Below, one piece after another: positions 58,127 through 64,000 of a stretch of 64,000 bases of DNA. Below the pieces are notes generated by a model. It saw nothing but the letters and a program-made list of their open reading frames with translations, ran no database searches and was not told the DNA's origin. Made by a program: the position numbers and the translations under genes. Position 1 is the first letter of the stretch. Each line of letters starts with the position of its first letter. Source of the stretch: Vulcanimicrobiota bacterium (GTDB lineage Bacteria > Vulcanimicrobiota > Vulcanimicrobiia > Vulcanimicrobiales > Vulcanimicrobiaceae); the NCBI GenBank assembly GCA_963733295.1, contig CAVTCS010000003.1, positions 2,464,001 through 2,528,000 on the forward strand. The letters run 5' to 3'.

Positions 58127-59887
58127 ATGGCACTGCAAAAACCGGTCGATGCGCTCTGCATCGGTTTCGGCTGGACCGGCGCGATCATCGCGAACGAATT
58201 GACCAAGGCCGGCCACAGCGTGGTCGGACTCGAGCGCGGCGAGTATCGCAACACCGATCCTGATTTCGCGATCCCCTCGGTGCACGACGAGCTGTCGTAC
58301 GCGATTCGCTACAAGCTTTTTCAGGACGCCTCGCGCGAGACGTACACCTTCCGCAACGAGCGTTCGCAGACCGCATTGCCGATCCGGCAGTTCGGTTCGT
58401 TTTTGCCAGGCGACGGTTTAGGCGGCGCGGGCGTTCACTGGAACGGCACGACGTACCGCTTCACGCCCTGGGACTTTCAGACTCGCAGTCAATCGATCGC
58501 GCGTTACGGCGCGGCGATTCTCGGCGAGTGCACCTCGCAAGATTGGGGCGTCACTTACGACGAGCTCGAGCCTTTCTACGACCGGTTCGAGAAGACGGCG
58601 GGCATCGGCGGTAAGGCGGGTAACTTGCGCGGCAAGAAGATTCCCGGCGGGAATCCGTTCGAGGGACCGCGTCAGAACGAGTATCCGCAAGCTCCGATGC
58701 TGCGCAACTACTCGGGTGCGCTTTGGGCCGAAGCCGCGACGGGTCAAGGCTTCCATCCCTACCCCATGCCCTCCGCGAACTCGACCGGCGCTTACACGAA
58801 TCCCGACGGCGTGCAGAGCGGCGCGTGCGTCTACTGCGGCTACTGCGAGAGATTCGCGTGCGAGATGAGCGCGAAGGCCAGCATGCAGACGACTCTGCTG
58901 CCGGTCCTGCGGAAGAACAAGAACTTCGAGCTGCGCCTCAAGTCGACCGTCCTGAAGATCAATCTTGACAAGTCGGGCAAGAAAGCGGTCAGCGTCACCT
59001 ACCTCGACTCGCAGGGTCGCGAGCAAGAACAGCCGGCAGAAATGATTTTCTTGACGGCCTTCGGTCTCAATAACGTCCACCTGATGCTGTATTCGGGCAT
59101 CGGCAAGCCGTACGACCCCATTACGAACGAGGGCGTTGTAGGACGCAACTATGCATACCAGGCGAACACCGGCGGGACGTATTTCTTCAACAGCGGGAAA
59201 GTCTTCAATTCGTTCATGGGCTCGGGTTCGATGGGCGTCACCTTCGACGACTTCAACGCCGACAATTTCGACCACACCTCACTCGGCTTCATTGGCGGCG
59301 CCGGCTTACAACAAAATACGACCGGCGGCCGTCCGATCCAATTCCATCCCGTTCCCGCCGATACGCCGAAATGGGGCTCGGCCTGGAAGAAGGCTGTCGC
59401 CCACTACTACCAGCGCGCTTTCCCCGGCGGCGCTCAGGGCGGCGTTCAGGCGTACCGCGGGAACTACTGCGATCTCGATCCGACCTACCGCGACGTTTAC
59501 GGCCGCCCCCTCATGCGCATAACTTTCGACTGGGGCCCGAACGAGCACAAGCAAAGCGCATTCATGGTGACCGTCCACCAAAAGATGGCCAAAGCGCTCG
59601 GCGCGTCGAGCCTCATCAGCGGAGCGCTGCCCGAACACTACGACATCGTGCCGTACCAGAGCACGCACACGACGGGCGGAGCGATCATGGGAGTCGATCC
59701 GCACACGAGTGCGATCAATAAGTACGGACAAGTATGGGACGTCTCCAACGTGTTCTCAACCGGTGCGAGCTCGTTTCCGCAGAACGCCGGTTACAATCCG
59801 ACCGGCACGGTCGGCGCACTGGCGTATCACACCGTGGCCGCCGTGCTCGAGCGGTATGTGAAGAGTCCCGGACCCCTCGTCTCCTAG
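58127..59887 (+). CDS. GMC oxidoreductase, gluconate 2-dehydrogenase flavoprotein-like
   Basis: GFGWTG, GGAGVHWNG, CVYCGYCERFAC, YQSTH, NPTGT. Confidence 0.93.
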   Translation: MALQKPVDALCIGFGWTGAIIANELTKAGHSVVGLERGEYRNTDPDFAIPSVHDELSYAIRYKLFQDASRETYTFRNERSQTALPIRQFGSFLPGDGLGGAGVHWNGTTYRFTPWDFQTRSQSIARYGAAILGECTSQDWGVTYDELEPFYDRFEKTAGIGGKAGNLRGKKIPGGNPFEGPRQNEYPQAPMLRNYSGALWAEAATGQGFHPYPMPSANSTGAYTNPDGVQSGACVYCGYCERFACEMSAKASMQTTLLPVLRKNKNFELRLKSTVLKINLDKSGKKAVSVTYLDSQGREQEQPAEMIFLTAFGLNNVHLMLYSGIGKPYDPITNEGVVGRNYAYQANTGGTYFFNSGKVFNSFMGSGSMGVTFDDFNADNFDHTSLGFIGGAGLQQNTTGGRPIQFHPVPADTPKWGSAWKKAVAHYYQRAFPGGAQGGVQAYRGNYCDLDPTYRDVYGRPLMRITFDWGPNEHKQSAFMVTVHQKMAKALGASSLISGALPEHYDIVPYQSTHTTGGAIMGVDPHTSAINKYGQVWDVSNVFSTGASSFPQNAGYNPTGTVGALAYHTVAAVLERYVKSPGPLVS

Positions 59888-59899
59888 CCTTGCGCTAGG

Positions 59900-60292
59900 C
59901 TATTCCTGGCGGGACGGCGTCGGGTTCTTGGTCTGGGGATAGAGGAAGATGCGATCGGCGTGCCGCACGCCAAGCGCCTTTTGATCGTAGTAGACTTTGA
60001 CGAACACGCCGGGCTTGATGTCCTTCATTTGATACGTCGTCTTCCCGTCGTCCGAAAAGATCTGATCGAACTTCGGAAAGATCTCGAAGGCAATCGAGTC
60101 CTTCTGGTTGACGTCGTAAATCTTGATGTTCGTCGACGACACGTGCTGAACGTAGCCGTAAATGATGTTGACGGCGGTGGCTGCCTGGACGGGAACCGGC
60201 GCGAACGTCGCCGCCGACGCCGCGCCGAGGAAGATTGCAGCCGCGAGGCGCGCGGCCGGAATGCACTTGGGCCGATTCAAACGATATTTCAT
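59900..60292 (-). CDS. Secreted hypothetical protein (small beta-barrel-like)
   Basis: Signal peptide ending VQA; GYVQHVS..KDIKPG..VKVYY. Confidence 0.75.
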   Translation of the reverse strand: MKYRLNRPKCIPAARLAAAIFLGAASAATFAPVPVQAATAVNIIYGYVQHVSSTNIKIYDVNQKDSIAFEIFPKFDQIFSDDGKTTYQMKDIKPGVFVKVYYDQKALGVRHADRIFLYPQTKNPTPSRQE

Positions 60293-60393
60293 GTCGGTCC
60301 CTGTACCCGGTTCGCTGAATCCATAAGCAGTGTATCGAACGAGGACGCGCAACGCACCGCGGGAGCGATAGCCAAATACCTTTGCGGGAATAG

Positions 60394-60574
60394 TCCGTCG
60401 AGCGAGGCTTCGCAAAAGCCGACCGGAGCGGAGTTCGACCTTTTGCGGAGCTCGCCGCGGGCTCGCGGTACCTTCCACGCGAGCTCCGTGCCCTTGGCCG
60501 GCAAAGGGTCCTAGTGCAAAAGGGCCCGCTCCCGGGAAAAACCTCGCTCCGAACAATCCGAAAATGGGGACGGA
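60394..60574. ncRNA. Candidate structured RNA or palindromic element (~180 nt)
   Basis: Five nested 6-9 bp complementary pairs plus side hairpins within an intergenic region. Confidence 0.45.
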
Positions 60575-60599
60575 GGGGCCGCCGCCGAAGAACCTCCTA

Positions 60600-60628
60600 G
60601 GAACTTCTTGGCACGGGTGCGCTTCTAA
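60600..60628 (+). promoter_or_regulatory. Candidate ECF (sigmaE-type) promoter
   Basis: GGAACTT-N17-TCTAA. Confidence 0.5.
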
Positions 60629-60630
60629 GG

Positions 60631-60882
60631 ATGAATATCCGACATATCGGAAACGTGATCTGCAAGAAATGCGGACACCCCGGTCCGAAGAGCGGGACAG
60701 TCTCAGCGGTCGTCGACGAACGCGGGAATCGTGTGATCGAGCGCAATCCGTTGGATCCCGTCGCGTCGCTTTGCGCGGCGTGCGGTCACGAAACGCCGCT
60801 CTTTCACGGCAGCAATTTTACGCCCGTATCGATGACGCTCGCAAAAGACGGTCAAACCGTCAGGCTGATCCCGGAAGCTTAA
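60631..60882 (+). CDS. Small zinc-ribbon protein
   Basis: CKKCG..CAACG. Confidence 0.75.
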   Translation: MNIRHIGNVICKKCGHPGPKSGTVSAVVDERGNRVIERNPLDPVASLCAACGHETPLFHGSNFTPVSMTLAKDGQTVRLIPEA

Positions 60883-61497
60883 CTTCGCATCGAAGCCGAT
60901 CTAACGACGCTGCCGTGGCTGGAAGCCTATAAGCTGCTCATCGGAAGCGTCGTTCCCCGCCCGATCGCCTGGGTTTCGACGACCAGCAGCGACGGCGTCA
61001 ACAACGTTGCGCCATTCTCTTTCTTCAACGCGTTCAGCGCCGAGCCCGTGATCTTGGGCTTCGCCCCGATGGCGAGCGAGGATCGCCCGCAAAAGGATAC
61101 GCTCGCCAACATCAGGGCGCGCGAAGAGTTCGTCATCAATATCGCGACGCAAGCGACGCTCGTGCAGATGGATACGACAGGCAGAACCTTTCCGCCCGAG
61201 GTGGACGAGTTTCGCGTCGCAGGGCTTACGCCGGCGCCGTCCTCCGCGGTAAAACCGCCCCGCATCGCCGAGTCACCGATCAACTTCGAATGTAAGCTCT
61301 TTTCGCTCGTGCCCTTGGGTGACGGTCGAGGTTCGTCTACGCTCGTCCTCGGCCGCGCCGTTTACGTTCATATCGCTGACGAGATCTTACGCGATGGGAA
61401 AATCGATGCCGGTCTGCTGGAGCCGGTCGCACGCATGGGCGGCCCGTTCTACGCTCGTCCGGAAATACTACCGTTCCGGCGCTCCGACCGTTCCTAG
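60883..61497 (+). CDS. Flavin reductase family protein (no canonical start codon found)
   Basis: In-frame YKLLIGSVVPRPIAWVST..NVAPFSFFN lies upstream of the track ORF; KDTLANI, PPRIAESP, RMGG. Confidence 0.88.
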   Translation, partial: LRIEADLTTLPWLEAYKLLIGSVVPRPIAWVSTTSSDGVNNVAPFSFFNAFSAEPVILGFAPMASEDRPQKDTLANIRAREEFVINIATQATLVQMDTTGRTFPPEVDEFRVAGLTPAPSSAVKPPRIAESPINFECKLFSLVPLGDGRGSSTLVLGRAVYVHIADEILRDGKIDAGLLEPVARMGGPFYARPEILPFRRSDRS

Positions 61498-61500
61498 CCG

Positions 61501-64000
61501 GTGAAGCCCGAAACGCTCTTCATCAGCCGCGCCGGCGCCGACGCGGCCTTCGCCGCCGAGATCGGCCGCATTCTCGAGGCTGCGGGCTATGGCGTGATCT
61601 TGCAGCAGTGGGATTTCGCCAACCGCAATTTCATCGAACGCATTCACGAATCGCTCGCCGGCGGCGCGCAGGTCGTCGCGCTGCTGTCGCCCGACTATCT
61701 GCGCACCGACTATTGCGCGGCGGAGTGGCAAAACGCCATTGCGGGCGATCCGCTCAACACCAAAGGCCGCCTCGTTCTGCTGCGCGTCGCCGAGTGCGAA
61801 CCGGTGGGACTCCTGGCCGGTATCGCTTACTGGGATCTCGTTCCCATCCGTGACAACCGGACGTTGCTCGCGGAAGTCGTGCGCACTGCGGTTCGCACCG
61901 ATCGTCGCGACGCGGCGCCGGTGGATGGCCCATACCGGCGTGCGCCACGCACCATCCTCGATGCGGAAGCGATTCGCCCGACCCTCGGTTTCACCGGACG
62001 CGAAGAGGAGCTCACGGCCATCGCTTGCGCCTTGCGAGAAAACGACGCCGTCGCGGCAATCCACGGACTGGGCGGAACGGGAAAGTCGTCGCTCGCACGC
62101 GAGTTTGCTTGGCGGCATCGCGACGAACACTCGGTCGTGTGGTGGCTCAATGCGGAAAGCGAGAGCGCGGTCATCGACGGACTGCTGCACCTCGGCGGGC
62201 TCTTCGTGCGCGGTCTCGACCAACTTGCCGACCGGCGCGCCGCGGCACAACAAGTGACGACCACCGTGCTGGCAGGTTTCGCAAAGCCGGTCATGCTGAT
62301 CTTCGACAACCTCGAAGACGAGCAGCTGCTGCGCGTTTGGCGTCCTCGCACGCAGGCACACATTGTCGCAACCTCGCGCAACTCGGCGTGGGGCAGCGAC
62401 GTCGTTTCGATTCCGGTCACCGCCTGGCCGCTCGCCGACGCGATCGCCTACCTTCGCCGCGAGAGCGGACGCAACGATTTCAGCGAGGCGGAGGCGCGAG
62501 CGCTCGCCGAACGCCTCGGCTCGCTACCGCTGGCCTTGGCACATGCGGCTGCGTATCTGCGGGGAACTCGCATGGTGACACCGAGCCGCTATCTCGAGCG
62601 CATCGCCGATCATCTTGCGGGCGCCCCGCGGACCGCCGAGTATCCGCGCTCGGTGTTCGCCACGTTTCAAACGGCGATTGCCGAAGCCGAGCAACAGGCC
62701 CCGGGAGCCGCGGCCGTCTTGTGTCTCGCCGCCCAGTTCGCTCCCGATGCGATCCCCGACGAACTCTTCCGTCAGAGCCTCGACCTCTATCCCGAGGGTT
62801 TGCGCCCGGTTCTGCCCGCAGACGCATCGGCGCTCGACTTACGTGCTTCGCTGACGGACGGTATGCGCGTCGACGAGGCGCTCGGGGCGCTCGACCGGTT
62901 GTCCCTGCTGGGTTTCTCCGAGGCGACGCAGACGTACTCGCTGCATCGCCTCGTGCAAATGGCCGCGCGCGATCTGGTCGGCACGGCAGCGCGCCGGTGG
63001 ACCGAGGGCGCCGTCGCCACGACCGATGTACTCTTCCCACCGGTTGAGTTCGGCACGTGGCCGCAATGCGAGCGCATGATCGCGCACGCGCGGGTCGCGC
63101 TGGACGACTTGCCTGACGACACGGCGTTTTTGCCGGCAAGCCGCCTCGCGAACCGGTGCAGCGAGTATCTGACGGCGCGAGCCCTCTATGCGGAAGCGGG
63201 CCGGCTAGCGCAGCGTGCCCTGACGATTCTGGAAAGGGCGCTCGGTGCCGAGCACCCCGACGTTGCGCAGAGCTTGACCAATCTCGCGAACGCGCACTGG
63301 CGGGCGGGACGCTACGCCGAGGCGGAATCGGTGTACGCGCGTTCGTTGACGATTTACGAGCATGCTCTAGGCCCCGACCATCCTGAAGTGGGGAAGAGCC
63401 TCAACAACCTCGCGGGCGCGTACTTGAAGGAGGGACGCTACGCGGAGGCGGCCTCGCTGTTCGCGCGTTCGCTGACGATTTGGGAGAAAGCGCGCGGTCC
63501 TGAACATCACAATGTCGCAATCGCACTCAACAACCTGGCCGGGGTGTATGTCCACGAGGGACGTTACTCGGAAGCGGAGCCGCTGTACGCGCGTGCGCTT
63601 GCGATCCAGGAGAAGGTTCTCGGTCCCGGCGACCCCGCCGTCGCCATGTCTTTGTGCAACCTTGGAAACCTTGCTGCTCGACAAGAGCGCTTTGCCGATG
63701 CGGAGCAGCCGTACCGGCGCGCTCTGGCGATCTGGGAGGAGGCGGTCGGCGCCGACCACCCGGACGTCGGCGACTGCCTGAACGGACTCGCGCACCTCTA
63801 TGTCAAGCAGGCGCGCTACCCGGACGCCGAACCACTGGCGCTGCGTGCGTTGGCAATTCGTGAGAAAGTCCTAGGCGGCGACCACGCGGATGTCGCCGAA
63901 ACGCTTGGGATCCTTAGCGAACTCTACTCGAATCAGGGGCGCCACGACGAAGCCCTGCAGACCGCCGAGCGCGCGCTAGCAATCTTCGAGAAGGCTCTCG
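61501..64000 (+). CDS. TIR - NB-ARC - TPR protein (NLR-like); 3' truncated by window edge
   Basis: GTG at 61501, frame open to the edge; TIR FIS..WDF..LSPDY..CAAEW; Walker A GLGGTGKS; LIFDN; TSR; SLPLAL; LHRLV; 42-aa TPRs. Confidence 0.93.
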   Translation, partial: MKPETLFISRAGADAAFAAEIGRILEAAGYGVILQQWDFANRNFIERIHESLAGGAQVVALLSPDYLRTDYCAAEWQNAIAGDPLNTKGRLVLLRVAECEPVGLLAGIAYWDLVPIRDNRTLLAEVVRTAVRTDRRDAAPVDGPYRRAPRTILDAEAIRPTLGFTGREEELTAIACALRENDAVAAIHGLGGTGKSSLAREFAWRHRDEHSVVWWLNAESESAVIDGLLHLGGLFVRGLDQLADRRAAAQQVTTTVLAGFAKPVMLIFDNLEDEQLLRVWRPRTQAHIVATSRNSAWGSDVVSIPVTAWPLADAIAYLRRESGRNDFSEAEARALAERLGSLPLALAHAAAYLRGTRMVTPSRYLERIADHLAGAPRTAEYPRSVFATFQTAIAEAEQQAPGAAAVLCLAAQFAPDAIPDELFRQSLDLYPEGLRPVLPADASALDLRASLTDGMRVDEALGALDRLSLLGFSEATQTYSLHRLVQMAARDLVGTAARRWTEGAVATTDVLFPPVEFGTWPQCERMIAHARVALDDLPDDTAFLPASRLANRCSEYLTARALYAEAGRLAQRALTILERALGAEHPDVAQSLTNLANAHWRAGRYAEAESVYARSLTIYEHALGPDHPEVGKSLNNLAGAYLKEGRYAEAASLFARSLTIWEKARGPEHHNVAIALNNLAGVYVHEGRYSEAEPLYARALAIQEKVLGPGDPAVAMSLCNLGNLAARQERFADAEQPYRRALAIWEEAVGADHPDVGDCLNGLAHLYVKQARYPDAEPLALRALAIREKVLGGDHADVAETLGILSELYSNQGRHDEALQTAERALAIFEKAL
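63241..64000 (+). repeat. 126-bp periodic TPR-coding repeats (at least 6 units)
   Basis: LGxxHPxV-like units at 63241, 63367, 63493, 63619, 63745 and 63871. Confidence 0.85.

Noticed and set aside
60311..60345. CGCTGAATCC resembling the 5' end of the c-di-AMP riboswitch
   Set aside because: The downstream conserved elements (GGGGTGAATC, CCCGTCAGCTAAC) are not present
1..64000. CRISPR arrays, tRNA/rRNA, IS elements, prophage genes
   Set aside because: No repeat-spacer periodicity, cloverleaf, transposase or phage motifs seen by eye

Overview
High-GC, gene-dense bacterial chromosome window with about 66 CDS. I saw no rRNA, tRNA, CRISPR array, transposase or integrase. Gene style resembles Candidatus Eremiobacterota, but that is an unverified impression. 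Most content is housekeeping or metabolic: OPT transporter, acyl-CoA synthetase, bolA-Grx4, ppk1, an osmoprotectant-type ABC transporter next to egtD, a GT28 glycolipid synthase, prfC, ctaA/cyoE, cobB, sigK-rskA-like genes, panB/panE and a gluconate-dehydrogenase-like GMC pair. Highlights: (1) an uncharacterised amino-sugar utilisation region (36.3-51.3 kb) with GH20, a PDZ-fused transporter, an orphan hydantoinase/oxoprolinase A subunit, FAD oxidoreductase, HExxH mini-protein, BadF kinase, NanE and an SSS symporter, preceded by a structured leader with mutually exclusive hairpins; (2) a ~180-nt nested inverted-repeat element at 60.4-60.6 kb; (3) a TIR-NB-ARC-TPR (NLR-like) gene that runs off the right edge and is missing from the ORF track; (4) a perfect LexA-type box before an Rv2578c-like radical SAM gene; (5) several apparently leaderless genes and genes lacking canonical start codons. 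All product calls come from motif recognition by eye; no searches were run.
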